From Nitrospirota bacterium (GTDB lineage Bacteria; Nitrospirota; Thermodesulfovibrionia; Thermodesulfovibrionales; JdFR-88), in the NCBI GenBank assembly GCA_021840255.1, contig JAKBYX010000002.1, forward strand, positions 33,325-97,324: a stretch of 64,000 nucleotides of DNA. The letters are read 5' to 3'. Both the position numbers and the translations under genes were made by a program. Under the pieces are notes generated by a model that made no database searches, was not told the DNA's origin, and saw nothing but the letters and a program-made list of their open reading frames with translations. Positions 26,880 through 36,964 of this stretch are shown here, in pieces; position 1 is the stretch's first letter, and each line of letters begins with the position of its first letter.

Positions 26880-26929
26880 AAAAATCGGCACTCGCTGCCT
26901 GTATAAAAGAGAAAAAGAGGTATTTACAT

Positions 26930-28042
26930 ATGTGCCGTCTTGCCGCTATAACGGCCTCGGAATACTTTTCACCCATGGAGAACATCCATGCGCTGGAGAC
27001 CATGAAGGAAGGCCACGACGGCTCCGGAATGGGCTTGATGCTGAAGCGCCTTGGCGGGTTTGCCGCAAAGCTTAAGGATTACCCTGTGCTCTCCGGCATC
27101 TGCTCCGCTGACGGCTTGATAGAGCTGGACAGGTTCATGAAGGCAAAGGGTTTTAAAGAGGTCCACATGTGGAACCCCAGGGTAAAGCCCGTTCCAGGCA
27201 TCCGGAAAAAAGACTGTTATTTCGCCAAATTCTACGAATACCCGCCCCAACACAAGGAAAGCCCGCTTAAGGAGAAGGAAGAGCTGCTGCTCCGCACAAG
27301 GCTTGCGCTAAGGAAGATGGGGGAAAAGGACGAATCCATAGTGGTGTTTTCCTTCTACCCGGATGTTCTCACGCTCAAGGAGGTGGGCGACCCGCTTGCG
27401 CTTGGGGAGTTCTTCGGGCTTGAGGACGGAGAGCTGAAGGCAAAGATAGTCCTGGCCCAGGGAAGGCAGAACACAAACTATGACATTAACCTGTATGCCT
27501 GCCACCCTTTTTTCATCCAGGGTTTCGGCTCCATGACGAACGGTGAGAACACGGCCTTCGTGCCGATAAGGGAATACCTTATGAGCAGGGGCGTGCCGGG
27601 GTATACGGGCTACCAGAGCGACAGCGAGGTCTTCACGCACATCCTCCACTACACGGTGCGGGAGTTGGGCTTTCCGCTTTCTTATTACAAGGATATAATC
27701 ACCCCGCTTAAACGCGAGGAGATGGAGGCCAGAATGGACAGGGACGCACTCATAATGATGAGGCAGTCCCTGCGGATGCTCGTTATTGACGGGCCCAACT
27801 GCATCATCGGCTTTACGCCCGATGGCAGCTGTTTCATGGTGCAGGACTCAAAGAAGCTCCGTCCAGGGGCGGTAGGAGGCGTAAAGGGCAAGTACGCGTT
27901 CATGTCCGAGGAATGCGGGCTTGACAGGGCGGTCCCCCAGAGGGACAGGTCCCTTGACGTGTTCCCCATGAAATACGACTTTGTAACCGTGCCCAGCGAC
28001 GCGCCGGAGGTAAAGGTTTGGAACCAGTTAAAGGGTCTTTAG
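26930..28042 (+). CDS. glutamate synthase, class-II glutamine amidotransferase subunit (archaeal-type GltB domain 1)
   Basis: The MC- N-terminus gives a catalytic Cys1 after Met removal (MCRLAAI). HDGSGMG and the Ntn-type GATase pattern are present. It is first in a three-gene cluster with the FMN and GXGXG/GltD subunits. Confidence 0.8.
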   Translation: MCRLAAITASEYFSPMENIHALETMKEGHDGSGMGLMLKRLGGFAAKLKDYPVLSGICSADGLIELDRFMKAKGFKEVHMWNPRVKPVPGIRKKDCYFAKFYEYPPQHKESPLKEKEELLLRTRLALRKMGEKDESIVVFSFYPDVLTLKEVGDPLALGEFFGLEDGELKAKIVLAQGRQNTNYDINLYACHPFFIQGFGSMTNGENTAFVPIREYLMSRGVPGYTGYQSDSEVFTHILHYTVRELGFPLSYYKDIITPLKREEMEARMDRDALIMMRQSLRMLVIDGPNCIIGFTPDGSCFMVQDSKKLRPGAVGGVKGKYAFMSEECGLDRAVPQRDRSLDVFPMKYDFVTVPSDAPEVKVWNQLKGL

Positions 28043-29691
28043 ATCTGAAGGATAAAAACCATCAGCTCACGCTGAAGGAATTCCCATACATAATCAGGTG
28101 GCGGGACGACCGCTGCACCCGGTGTGGCAAGTGCACCGCGGTCTGCCCTGTCAAAGCGATAGTGCCCAATGTCCGCGTGGAACGCGTGGTCAGCTCTGAG
28201 GGGCCTTCTCCCATGCCCAAGGTCACCAGGAACGTGGTTTCCATCGTAAGCCAGGTAAACGACATAGACCGCTACTGCACGGGCTGCGCCATGTGCCAGT
28301 TCGTCTGCCCCAATGCGGCCATAGAGCCCGAATTCAACCCGGAACACAAGTTCCTGCAGTTTAAGAACAAGGGCGGAGACCCATATAAGAGAGGCGGCAG
28401 AAGGAACGACCCCGGCCCCTCCACCCTGGACAAGCTTAAATTCACCCGGATATCCATGCTTACCGACCCGGCCCTGGACGCGGGCAGGCATGAGTTCTAC
28501 CTGAAGACATTCCTCGGCCGGATACTGCCCCCCGAAAACCTGCCGTTGAAAGTGGAAAACGGCAAGCTGGTGGTGGACAAGGGCCAGGACGTATTTGTGC
28601 CGCCCGTGAGGGAAGTCTATCCGATAATGATAGGCAGCATGTCCGTGGGTGCCCTTTCTCCTCCCATGTGGGAGGGGCTTGCAATGGGAGTGGCGTATCT
28701 TAACGAGGAGCTGGGGATGCCGGTCGTCATGGCCTCCGGCGAGGGCGGCATGCCGCCAAGGCTCCTGAAATCACGTTTCCTTAAATATTTCATACTCCAG
28801 ATAGCTTCCGGCTATTTCGGATGGGACGAGATAGTCCGTTCGCTGCCGCACATGGTGGAAGACCCGGCGGCGATAGAGATAAAGTACGGGCAGGGCGCAA
28901 AGCCCGGAGACGGAGGGCTTTTGATGTCCTCCAAGGTCCTAAAACTGATATCGAGCATCAGGGGTGTGCCCATGCTCGTGGACCTGGCCTCGCCCCCTAC
29001 ACACCAGACTAAATTCTCCATCGAAGAGGCCGTGGCCAAGATGATACAGTCCATGTCAATGGCCTGGGGGTTCAGGGTGCCGGTCTATCCCAAGATATCG
29101 GGCACCAAAACCGCGAAGGCGGTGCTGAATAACCTGGCCAGAAATCCCTATGCCGCGGCGCTTTCCATAGACGGGGAAGACGGCGGCACCGGCGCGGCCT
29201 ATAACGTCTCGATGGACAAGATGGGCCATCCCATAGCCTCCAACATCAGGGAGTGCTACCTGGACCTCGTAAAGCAGGGCAAGCAGAACGAACTGCCGCT
29301 GATCGCGGCGGGCGGCATCGGCAAGAAAGGCAACCTTGCGGCAAACGCCGCCGCCCTCATCATGCTTGGCGCTTCCATGGTGTCTGTCGGCAAGTACCTG
29401 ATGCAGTCCACGGCAGGTTGCCTGGGCGACGAGAACAACCGCTGCAACCTCTGCAACACGGGCAGATGCCCGAGGGGCATCACCACGCAGGACCCGAAAC
29501 TCTACAGGAGGCTTGATTCCTCCAGGGTGGCCGAGCGGCTTGTGGATGTGTTCCGGGCCGCGGACACGGAGCTTAAGAAGATATTCGCACCCATGGGCAG
29601 GAGCACGGAGCTCCCCATAGGCATGTCCGACGGACTGAGCGTTAATGACAGGGCGATAGCGGAAAGGCTGGGCATCGGCTATGTCTGCTAA
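28018..29691 (+). CDS. glutamate synthase FMN-binding subunit with N-terminal 2x[4Fe-4S] ferredoxin domain (GltB domain 2)
   Basis: CTRCGKCTAVCP and CTGCAMCQFVCP clusters. These are followed by the GltS FMN barrel motifs (IGSMSVGALS, IEIKYGQGAKPGDGG, PLIAAGGIG). TTG start overlaps the upstream gene. Confidence 0.85.
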   Translation: MEPVKGSLDLKDKNHQLTLKEFPYIIRWRDDRCTRCGKCTAVCPVKAIVPNVRVERVVSSEGPSPMPKVTRNVVSIVSQVNDIDRYCTGCAMCQFVCPNAAIEPEFNPEHKFLQFKNKGGDPYKRGGRRNDPGPSTLDKLKFTRISMLTDPALDAGRHEFYLKTFLGRILPPENLPLKVENGKLVVDKGQDVFVPPVREVYPIMIGSMSVGALSPPMWEGLAMGVAYLNEELGMPVVMASGEGGMPPRLLKSRFLKYFILQIASGYFGWDEIVRSLPHMVEDPAAIEIKYGQGAKPGDGGLLMSSKVLKLISSIRGVPMLVDLASPPTHQTKFSIEEAVAKMIQSMSMAWGFRVPVYPKISGTKTAKAVLNNLARNPYAAALSIDGEDGGTGAAYNVSMDKMGHPIASNIRECYLDLVKQGKQNELPLIAAGGIGKKGNLAANAAALIMLGASMVSVGKYLMQSTAGCLGDENNRCNLCNTGRCPRGITTQDPKLYRRLDSSRVAERLVDVFRAADTELKKIFAPMGRSTELPIGMSDGLSVNDRAIAERLGIGYVC

Positions 29692-32080
29692 AAACGGAAT
29701 GAAGAGCGAAAAAAACGGAAAGATGGTTTTTTCTTTTTTTGAGATAAAGGGAAATATCGAAGGGGCAAGGGTAAGCTCCCGCGTCCTGGAAGAACGCATC
29801 CAGGAGGCGGTGAAAGACGGCGCCAGGGAACTGCATGTGACGGCGGACGGCCAGCACGGCATAGGCGGCCGCATATGGCCCAGGGAGGCCCCGGTGCGCA
29901 TCACCGTGGAGGGCCCGGTGGGCCAAAGGCTTGGCAGCATGGGGATGGAAGGCACGCATATCGTCGTAAACGGAGGCGCTTCGGACGATGTGGGCTGGGT
30001 AAACTGCGGAGCAAAGATCACCGTGCTTGGCGACGTCACCAACGGGGCCCATAACGCGGCGGCCGAGGGCATCCTTTATGTGCAGGGCAGCGCAGGCGCC
30101 CGTTCGGATACTCTCACAAAGCATAACCCAAGGTTCGATCCCCCCCAGTCCTGGTATTTCAGGAATGTGGGCGACTCCTTCGCCGAGTTCAAGGCGGGGG
30201 GCATCTCCGTGGTCTGCGGTGTCGACTCCAGAGACCCGGACAACGTCCTTGGATACCGCCCATGCGTGGGAATGGTTGGTGGTGTTATCTACTTCCGGGG
30301 GCCGATAAAGGGTTTTAGCGCGGCTGACGTAAGGCTTTCCGAACTTGGCGACGAGGACTGGACATGGCTTAAGGAAAACATGAAACCGTTCCTTGAGGCC
30401 ATTGAGCGTGAGGACTATTACGGACCGCTTACAAAAGACAAGGACGAGTGGAAAAAACTCATGGCCCGCACCCCCGCGGAAAAGGCGCAGGCCAAGAAGA
30501 AAAAGGCGGGGTTTGGGGAGTTTTCGAAGGATGTATGGGAGAAAGAGGTGGGCGAAGGCGGCATTTTCGCGCCCTACCTGTCGCATGAAAGAGGCCTTCT
30601 GCCTTACATAACAACGGGCGAGGACAGGCGGAACAGGCCCGCATGGGAGAACGAAAAATACAGCCCGCCCTGCGCTTACAGCTGCCCGACCCATATACCT
30701 ACCCATAAAAGGACCGCCCTCATCAGGGCGGGCAAACTGCAGGAGGCGCTCGAATACGTTCTTCAGTACAGCCCCCTGCCGGCCACGGTCTGCGGACAGA
30801 TATGTCCGAACCTGTGCATGCAAAGCTGCACAAGAGGGGTTTCGTTTGACTCCCCGTTGAGCATAGACAGGCTGGGCAGCCTTTCGCTTGAAATAAAGGC
30901 GCCGAAACCGGCCAAAAAGACGGGCCATAAGATAGCGGTAATAGGCGGCGGCCCGGGCGGGCTCTCCGCCGCCTGGCAGCTTGCGCTGAAAGGCCACCAG
31001 TTGGAGCTCTATGAGGCTGAGGGAAAGCTGGGCGGGAAACTTGAGCTCTGCATCCCAAGGGAAAGACTCCCGCAGAAGATCCTTAAAAAGGAACTTTCTA
31101 GGTTCGAGGAGATAGGGGTGAAGGTCCATCTGAAGGCGAAGGTGGACAGGAAGAAGTTTGAAAAGATCGCGAAGGGCCACGACGTGGTTGTGGTGGCATG
31201 CGGCGCCCACAAGCCCAGGGTAATAACCTTCGAGGGCTCCGGTAACACGGTCACCGCCTATGATTTCCTCCGCGGCATCAACCTGGGGGACAAGCCCAAA
31301 CTTAAAGGGAAAAACGTGGCCATAATAGGGGCGGGCAACGTGGGCATGGACGTTGCCGTGCAGGCCATGAACTGCGGGGCTGTTTCCGTGACCGCCGTTG
31401 ACATCCAGAAGCCCGCGGCATTCGGCAAGGAGATGGAGGCCGCCTCTGCCTTGGGCACGAAGTTCCTCTGGCCAAAGTTCACGGAAAGATACGACAAGAA
31501 GACCAGGACGCTCCACTTCAAGGACGGCTCTTCGATCCAGGCAGACCTGCTGGTCGTTGCGGTCGGTGAGACTCCGATGGTGGACTTCCTGCCCGAAAAT
31601 ATAGACAGGGACAGAAACGGCTGGGTAAAAGTGGACGGCAACGGCCAGACGACCGAGCCGGGGGTTTACGCTATAGGCGATGCCACAAGGCCCGGTCTGG
31701 TGACCAACGCGATAGGGCAGGGCAGGGAAACTGCCGAAGTGATTCATGCGGCCCTTATGCATTACGATTACATGCCGGAGGTAAAATCTCCCATCCCCTA
31801 TGAGAGGATAAAAACGGTCTATTACGAGGCCAACCGGGCAAGCGCAAAAGAAAAAGAATCCGCTTACGACGCAAAATGTGACGCCAACCGGTGCCTGTCC
31901 TGCGGGAGCTGCCGGGACTGCCACATGTGCGAGAACGCCTGCTACTGGGGGGCCATATCAAGGGCCGAAAAACCGGGCGGCGGGTTCGAGTACGTTGTGG
32001 ACGATGAAAAGTGCATCGGCTGCGGCTTCTGCGCGGGTATCTGCCCCTGCGGCGTCTGGGAGATGAAAGAGAACATATAA
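29681..32080 (+). CDS. fusion of the glutamate synthase GXGXG domain (GltB domain 3), a GltD-like NAD(P)H oxidoreductase and a C-terminal ferredoxin
   Basis: The N-terminal beta-helix has repeated G.G..G (VVNGGASDDVGWVNCGAKITVLGDVTNGAHNAAAEGILYVQGSAGAR). The GltD Fe-S region reads CP..IP...GRxCP-like as VCGQICPNLCMQSCTR. Also present are IAVIGGGPGGLSAA, VAIIGAGNVGMD and terminal CLSCGSCRDCHMC / CIGCGFCAGICPC. Confidence 0.85.
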   Translation: MSAKNGMKSEKNGKMVFSFFEIKGNIEGARVSSRVLEERIQEAVKDGARELHVTADGQHGIGGRIWPREAPVRITVEGPVGQRLGSMGMEGTHIVVNGGASDDVGWVNCGAKITVLGDVTNGAHNAAAEGILYVQGSAGARSDTLTKHNPRFDPPQSWYFRNVGDSFAEFKAGGISVVCGVDSRDPDNVLGYRPCVGMVGGVIYFRGPIKGFSAADVRLSELGDEDWTWLKENMKPFLEAIEREDYYGPLTKDKDEWKKLMARTPAEKAQAKKKKAGFGEFSKDVWEKEVGEGGIFAPYLSHERGLLPYITTGEDRRNRPAWENEKYSPPCAYSCPTHIPTHKRTALIRAGKLQEALEYVLQYSPLPATVCGQICPNLCMQSCTRGVSFDSPLSIDRLGSLSLEIKAPKPAKKTGHKIAVIGGGPGGLSAAWQLALKGHQLELYEAEGKLGGKLELCIPRERLPQKILKKELSRFEEIGVKVHLKAKVDRKKFEKIAKGHDVVVVACGAHKPRVITFEGSGNTVTAYDFLRGINLGDKPKLKGKNVAIIGAGNVGMDVAVQAMNCGAVSVTAVDIQKPAAFGKEMEAASALGTKFLWPKFTERYDKKTRTLHFKDGSSIQADLLVVAVGETPMVDFLPENIDRDRNGWVKVDGNGQTTEPGVYAIGDATRPGLVTNAIGQGRETAEVIHAALMHYDYMPEVKSPIPYERIKTVYYEANRASAKEKESAYDAKCDANRCLSCGSCRDCHMCENACYWGAISRAEKPGGGFEYVVDDEKCIGCGFCAGICPCGVWEMKENI

Positions 32081-32086
32081 GCAGAG

Positions 32087-32122
32087 GGGCGGGGTTTTTT
32101 AATTAATCCCGCCCGTATTTTC
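32087..32122 (+). terminator. candidate terminator after the glutamate synthase operon
   Basis: GGGCGGG (32087-32093) pairs with CCCGCCC (32108-32114) across a 14-nt loop, followed by GTATTTTCC. The T-run is weak. Confidence 0.35.
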
Positions 32123-32270
32123 CGCTCGGGCTTCATGCCAGCGCGGCCTTTAAAGTATAGGGCCGAGCCCCATACCCCAAAACGTCAGTAAAATTCAGAT
32201 AGGAACCGGACTACGTCAGAAACTCTTATATAAGCGCAAGTTTGGCGATAAACCCGGCACCCGTTTCTTC

Positions 32271-32312
32271 AAGGTATCCGGCTAGTGCCCGAAGGTATCC
32301 GGCTAGTGCCAG
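32271..32312. repeat. perfect tandem duplication of a 21-nt unit in an intergenic region
   Basis: AAGGTATCCGGCTAGTGCCcG (32271-32291) is immediately followed by AAGGTATCCGGCTAGTGCCaG (32292-32312). Confidence 0.9.
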
Positions 32313-32363
32313 TCTGGCAAAATTCTCAATTGGCGCCCGGTTTGTCCTAAAAAGCAGGCATGT

Positions 32364-33083
32364 CTAACGAAGCTTGGCAATGACTTCAAGTGATGGCCTG
32401 AAGTTTCGAATTGTGGCCCTGAGCGGCAGGAAGCCCAAAGAAAGCAGGAAAACCGCAAGGACTTCAAAAAAAAGGGGAAAATTTTGGCCTCCCAGAACGG
32501 AATGGGCGTCCGACGTAAAACTGTCAAAAAGGGGCTTTGCGCTCCCAAGTACCCTGAATCCTTCAGACTCAAGAAGGTCCTTGAGCGAATCCGGACTGAA
32601 AAAACTCTTATGAGTGGGGTCGGAGAAAAACCACCAGTTTCTCTTGAATACCCGCCGGCTGAGACTGCCACCATCAGGGGTTATTATATAGATGAGGCCT
32701 CCGGGCTTAAGCGCTTTTTTAATCGTCCTTAAGGCGGCGCGGGCGTCGTCAAAATGCTCTATTACATGCACAAGCACGGCAAGATCAAAGAAACCTTCCG
32801 GAAGCGGGGCATCCTCTATGAAGCTATTAAAGAACCTGTCAGGTCCAAGTTTATTCCCGATACCGGGAAGACTCTTGAAACGGTCCACGCCCCAGAGATT
32901 CATAAACCCTGCCCTGAAAAACCTCTCCATCATAAGACCTGTGCCAAAACCCACGTCAAGTATCTGTGCTTCGCTGGGCAATTTGCCCGCCGCCTTCATC
33001 ACTCTGTGAAAGCTGTATTGAAGACGGAGACCTGTAAGTGAGCGGGATGATACAAGATATGGTTTGTTACCCTTATTTCCCAC
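32364..33083 (-). CDS. class I SAM-dependent methyltransferase
   Basis: Motif I ILDVGFGTGLM and post-I/II patterns (FDLAVLVHVIEH, LKPGGLIYI). GTG start. Confidence 0.75.
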   Translation of the reverse strand: MGNKGNKPYLVSSRSLTGLRLQYSFHRVMKAAGKLPSEAQILDVGFGTGLMMERFFRAGFMNLWGVDRFKSLPGIGNKLGPDRFFNSFIEDAPLPEGFFDLAVLVHVIEHFDDARAALRTIKKALKPGGLIYIITPDGGSLSRRVFKRNWWFFSDPTHKSFFSPDSLKDLLESEGFRVLGSAKPLFDSFTSDAHSVLGGQNFPLFFEVLAVFLLSLGFLPLRATIRNFRPSLEVIAKLR

Positions 33084-33500
33084 GGGACAGTAGTACTCCT
33101 TTGCGGGAAAGAGCGATTCTCTCGAAAGCGGGAGAGGTATTTACCATATCGGATGTTTCCGGCCTGATCCTGAAGCGCCTGAACCGGGTCTCAACGTAGC
33201 TGATGCGGGCCGGGGACGGAACTACCCGCGACCCGTAATCCATAAATTTCATAAGCGAGCATCTCACCTCTTATAGGAACATCCGGATTTTTGGCCGGTT
33301 TTGGGCTTCTTTACCTCAAACCGGTTTAAGTAAAGTTTTTTGGGTTTCGCTGCCCTCGGCCCAAAACGTGCGCTGAACTTAAGCCCACTGCGATCAGATT
33401 TTTCTGATCGTATTTCTGCGAAATTATAACAGATATGTAAAGCGCATGTTACGTGGTACATTATTGTATCCTCCGCGTTCGTCCAAAAGTTGGTAGAAAC

Positions 33501-33530
33501 TTGAAATGGGCTTTCCTTTTGCCGTAAAAT
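33501..33530 (+). promoter_or_regulatory. candidate sigma70 promoter for rpmE
   Basis: TTGAAA (33501-33506), 18-nt spacer, TAAAAT (33525-33530). Confidence 0.4.
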
Positions 33531-33566
33531 AAAAGACTAGATGATAAAAGGAGGGATTTAACTGTC

Positions 33567-33779
33567 ATGAAAGAAGGAATACATCCAGACTATAAAGAGG
33601 TCCAGGTGATCTGCGCTTGTGGAAACACCTTCACCACGCGCTCCACTGCCTCTGAGATCCGCGTGGACATATGCTCCAACTGCCACCCGTTCTTCACCGG
33701 CAAGCAGAAGATCGTGGACGCCGAAGGCCGCGTGGAGAAGTTCAAAAGGAAATACGCTGCGGCAAAAAAAGAAAGCTAG
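33567..33779 (+). CDS. rpmE: 50S ribosomal protein L31 (Zn-ribbon type)
   Basis: MKEGIHPDY...CACG...[13 protein letters not shown]. Confidence 0.95.
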   Translation: MKEGIHPDYKEVQVICACGNTFTTRSTASEIRVDICSNCHPFFTGKQKIVDAEGRVEKFKRKYAAAKKES

Positions 33780-33797
33780 CTTAAAAAACATTCATAA

Positions 33798-33859
33798 GGG
33801 GCAGCCGGCGGTCTTTTTGGATAAAAAGAAAGATACCTCCGGCGGCCCCTTTTGTTTTT
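33798..33859 (+). terminator. rho-independent terminator after rpmE
   Basis: GGGGCAGCCGG (33798-33808) pairs with CCGGCGGCCCC (33839-33849) with one mismatch. An inner hairpin, TCTTTTT/AAAAAGA, is present, followed by TTTTGTTTTT. Confidence 0.6.
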
Positions 33860-33881
33860 AGCGGAAAACAGAAAAAAGAAG

Positions 33882-34811
33882 ATGCAAATGCAAGAGCACG
33901 AACATAAACAAAAGCATAAACAAAGCGCAATAGGCGGACAGGCGGTAATAGAGGGGGTAATGTTCAAATCCCGCAAGGGCTGGGCCGTGGCGGTAAGGCA
34001 GCCTGGCGGGGGCATAAAGCTGAAAAGCGAACCCCTGAAGACCCATGCGGGTGAGAAGGTACCCTTCATAAGGGGGGTCTTTATCCTCTTTTACACGCTC
34101 CTTCTGGGCATGAAGGCCCTTGAGTTTTCAGCGAGAGTGGCCTCGGAGGAAGATGAAAAGCCCCTTTCTCCCGTCCAGATGGGGTTTACTCTTTTAGCCG
34201 CCCTTTTGGCGGCGGCGGGTCTTTTCCTTTTTCTGCCGCTTTATACGGCGAAACTGGCCGGGTCGTTCATCCCGGCTGTTGCCGGCAGCGGGTTTCTTTT
34301 CAACCTGGTGGACGGCGTTGTCCGCGTTGTGCTGTTTCTTCTTTATATCCGGGCGATCGGCCTCTGGAAGGAGATAGGCAGGATATTTGAGTATCACGGG
34401 GCGGAGCACAAGGTGATACACGCCTATGAGGCTGGGCATATGGATATGGAAAAGATCAAAAAGGAGAGCCCTCTGCATCCCCGGTGCGGCACGAGTTTTT
34501 TGCTGATAGTGCTGGCGCTTTCGATACTTGTTTTCTCTGTTGTGCCCAGGGACTGGCCTTTTTATATGAAATTCCTTTCCCGGTTTGCCCTGATGCCCTT
34601 CGTGGCCGGGCTGTCCTACGAAATGCTCAAGGCGGGCGCAAAGTATGAATCAAACCCCGTTGTGCGCCTCCTTGTGATGCCAGGTCTTGCGCTTCAGAGG
34701 CTCACGACGGGCGAACCGGACGAAAAACAACTGGAGGTATCTCTTAAGGCCTTTGAAGGGGTCATGTCTTTTGAAGAAGACCCGTCCGGATCGGGAGAAA
34801 AGGTGTTTTAA
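33882..34811 (+). CDS. DUF1385-family membrane protein (prfA/prmC-associated)
   Basis: [25 protein letters not shown] and HPRCGTSF motifs. I prefer the ATG at 33882 because the track start (TTG 33852) lies inside the terminator T-run. Confidence 0.8.
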   Translation: MQMQEHEHKQKHKQSAIGGQAVIEGVMFKSRKGWAVAVRQPGGGIKLKSEPLKTHAGEKVPFIRGVFILFYTLLLGMKALEFSARVASEEDEKPLSPVQMGFTLLAALLAAAGLFLFLPLYTAKLAGSFIPAVAGSGFLFNLVDGVVRVVLFLLYIRAIGLWKEIGRIFEYHGAEHKVIHAYEAGHMDMEKIKKESPLHPRCGTSFLLIVLALSILVFSVVPRDWPFYMKFLSRFALMPFVAGLSYEMLKAGAKYESNPVVRLLVMPGLALQRLTTGEPDEKQLEVSLKAFEGVMSFEEDPSGSGEKVF

Positions 34812-34813
34812 AA

Positions 34814-35920
34814 ATGAGACTTATTGAAAATCTGGAGGGCGTGGAAAAGCATTACCTGGAGCTTACGGAAGAGCTTTCCAGGCCTGAAGTCATACAGAAC
34901 AGGGAGCTTTATCAGAAACTCTCCCGTGAGCAGGCGGAGCTCTATCCGCTTGCGGAGGAGATAAAGAAGTATAAAAAACTCCTTGCCGATATGGAAGAGG
35001 CCGAGGGTCTGCTGGCCAGCGGCGACGAGGACCTGAAGAAACTCGCCCTGGAGGAACTGGACGAGCTCAAGCGGGAACGTCCGGATTTCGAAAAAAACCT
35101 GACCCTCATGCTCATTCCCAAAGACCGCCGGGACGAAAGGAACGTTATCCTTGAGATAAGGGCGGGCACGGGGGGCGAGGAGGCGGCGCTTTTTGCTTCG
35201 GAGCTCTTCAGGATGTACTCCAAATATGCGGAAGTCAAACGCTGGAAGGTGGAAGTCATAGACTCCAGCGTCACGGGCCTTGGCGGCATAAAGGAAATAG
35301 TGGCCTCCATTCAGGGCAAGGGGGCCTTCAGCAGGCTCAAATTCGAAAGCGGGGTCCACAGGGTGCAGCGGGTTCCCTCCACTGAGGCATCCGGAAGGAT
35401 CCACACCTCGGCGGCCACGGTGGCCGTGCTGCCAGAAGCTGAAGACGTAGACCTGAAGGTAGAGGAAAAAGATCTCAGGATAGACACCTTTTGCGCGGGA
35501 GGGCATGGCGGCCAGAGCGTGAACACCACTTATTCTGCTGTCAGGATCGTCCATATTCCCACCGGGGTAGTGGTGCAGTGCCAGGATGAGCGCTCCCAGC
35601 TTAAAAACAGGGAAAAAGCCATGAAGGTGCTGCGCGCCAGGATATACGAGATCGAGCAGGAAAAGCTTGAACAGGAGCGCGCCCGGGAGAGAAAATCACA
35701 GGTGGGCACCGGGGACCGCAGCCAGCGCATAAGGACGTACAACTACCCCCAGAACCGCGTGACCGATCACCGGATAGGGCTCACCCTCTACAAGCTGGAC
35801 CGCTTCCTGGAAGGGGAGATGGATGAAATGATAGACAGCCTGATCGCATATTTTCAGACAGAAAAGCTCAAGGAGATATCAGCCCTTGAAGGGCCTTCCA
35901 CAGACGGCCACGGCGCTTGA
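34814..35920 (+). CDS. prfA: peptide chain release factor 1
   Basis: PET/PxT-region, the GGQ motif ([11 protein letters not shown]) and [10 protein letters not shown]. Confidence 0.95.
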   Translation: MRLIENLEGVEKHYLELTEELSRPEVIQNRELYQKLSREQAELYPLAEEIKKYKKLLADMEEAEGLLASGDEDLKKLALEELDELKRERPDFEKNLTLMLIPKDRRDERNVILEIRAGTGGEEAALFASELFRMYSKYAEVKRWKVEVIDSSVTGLGGIKEIVASIQGKGAFSRLKFESGVHRVQRVPSTEASGRIHTSAATVAVLPEAEDVDLKVEEKDLRIDTFCAGGHGGQSVNTTYSAVRIVHIPTGVVVQCQDERSQLKNREKAMKVLRARIYEIEQEKLEQERARERKSQVGTGDRSQRIRTYNYPQNRVTDHRIGLTLYKLDRFLEGEMDEMIDSLIAYFQTEKLKEISALEGPSTDGHGA

Positions 35921-36824
35921 GGCCCTTAAATACGCCATCGATTTTCTTGCGGGCATTGGGATCAAAGAAGCAAAAGAAGAGGCCCGCGCCATCCTTAAAG
36001 ACGGCCTTGGCATAGACACGCTCATCCTGTACAGGGACAACCCGCCTTTGCCATCCGCAGATGTCCGGAAATTAAACGGGATACTTGAAAGACGAAAAAA
36101 GCGTGAGCCCCTTCAATACATACTGGGGTTTGTCTGGTTTTACGGCCTGGAGATAAAAGTGGGGGCCGGCGCGCTCATACCGAGGCCTGAAACCGAGATC
36201 CTGGTCCGGGAGGCCCTCGCCCTGGCAAAAAAATTCCGCACGGACAAGAACGGGAAAACGCGCATAAACGTGCTGGACCTTTGCACGGGAAGCGGCGCTA
36301 TAGCCCTGGCCCTGGCCAAAAACCTGCCGGATGCAGAAGTTACGGCCGTGGACATCTCCGAAGATGCCCTGGGCTGGGCGGAGAAAAACAGGGAGCTAAA
36401 CGGCGCACAGAACGTCCGCCTGCTCAAAGGGGACCTTTTCGGAGCCGTCTCTAGTGATCAGATGAATGGCTCTATTGGTGATCGTGGGCAGGTGCGCTTC
36501 GGCCTTATCACAGCCAATCCCCCTTATATAAAAGACAGGCTCATAGGCTCGTTGGAGCCGGAAGTAAGCTGCTGGGAACCCAGAGTCGCCCTTAGCGGAG
36601 GCGAAAGCGGCCTTTTCTTCACAGAGGAGATCCTACGCGGGGCCCCGGGGCACCTTGAACCTGGAGGATATCTGCTTTTGGAGATGGCCGGAGGAACGGA
36701 TGCCGCACTTCTTTCCGGGCTGTGCACTCAAGCCGGGCTCCTGGTGGAAAACATAGTCAAGGACCTGGCGGGCTGGGAAAGAGTGTTCATAGCCCGGAAG
36801 CCGGACCCCGCCGGTGTTTATTGA
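35886..36824 (+). CDS. prmC: release-factor glutamine N5-methyltransferase
   Basis: [23 protein letters not shown] and the NPPY motif (ITANPPYI). TTG start overlaps prfA. Confidence 0.85.
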   Translation: MKGLPQTATALEALKYAIDFLAGIGIKEAKEEARAILKDGLGIDTLILYRDNPPLPSADVRKLNGILERRKKREPLQYILGFVWFYGLEIKVGAGALIPRPETEILVREALALAKKFRTDKNGKTRINVLDLCTGSGAIALALAKNLPDAEVTAVDISEDALGWAEKNRELNGAQNVRLLKGDLFGAVSSDQMNGSIGDRGQVRFGLITANPPYIKDRLIGSLEPEVSCWEPRVALSGGESGLFFTEEILRGAPGHLEPGGYLLLEMAGGTDAALLSGLCTQAGLLVENIVKDLAGWERVFIARKPDPAGVY

Positions 36825-36964
36825 CCTTGGCCCTCCAGACTTTATTGACTTTAGCCCTATTGTCATGTAAATTTTTCATAAATTGGCATTAGCCGCCCCT
36901 GAAATCAAAAACAAAAAGCAAAAACTTTGCAAAAAAGACCGGGAAAAAACTTAAAAAGGACCAA

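Noticed and set aside
26886-26899. GGCAC-N4-TGC just upstream of the glutamate synthase start, considered as a sigma54 promoter (attractive for a nitrogen gene)
   Set aside because: The GG-to-GC spacing is 8 nt instead of 10, and the TTGC half is incomplete. A good sigma70 promoter lies immediately upstream.
29642-31924. 760-aa minus-strand ORF, the longest 'extra' ORF in the track
   Set aside because: It is entirely antisense to the GXGXG-GltD gene, whose translation carries many unmistakable family motifs. The antisense product is Arg/Pro/Gly/His-rich with no motifs. This is a typical shadow ORF.
33073-33267. 64-aa ORF overlapping the 5' end of the methyltransferase gene, considered as a frameshifted N-terminal extension
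   Set aside because: The methyltransferase frame has an in-frame TAA just upstream, and the 239-aa product already contains a complete class I fold from before motif I. The 64-aa sequence has no recognisable domain.
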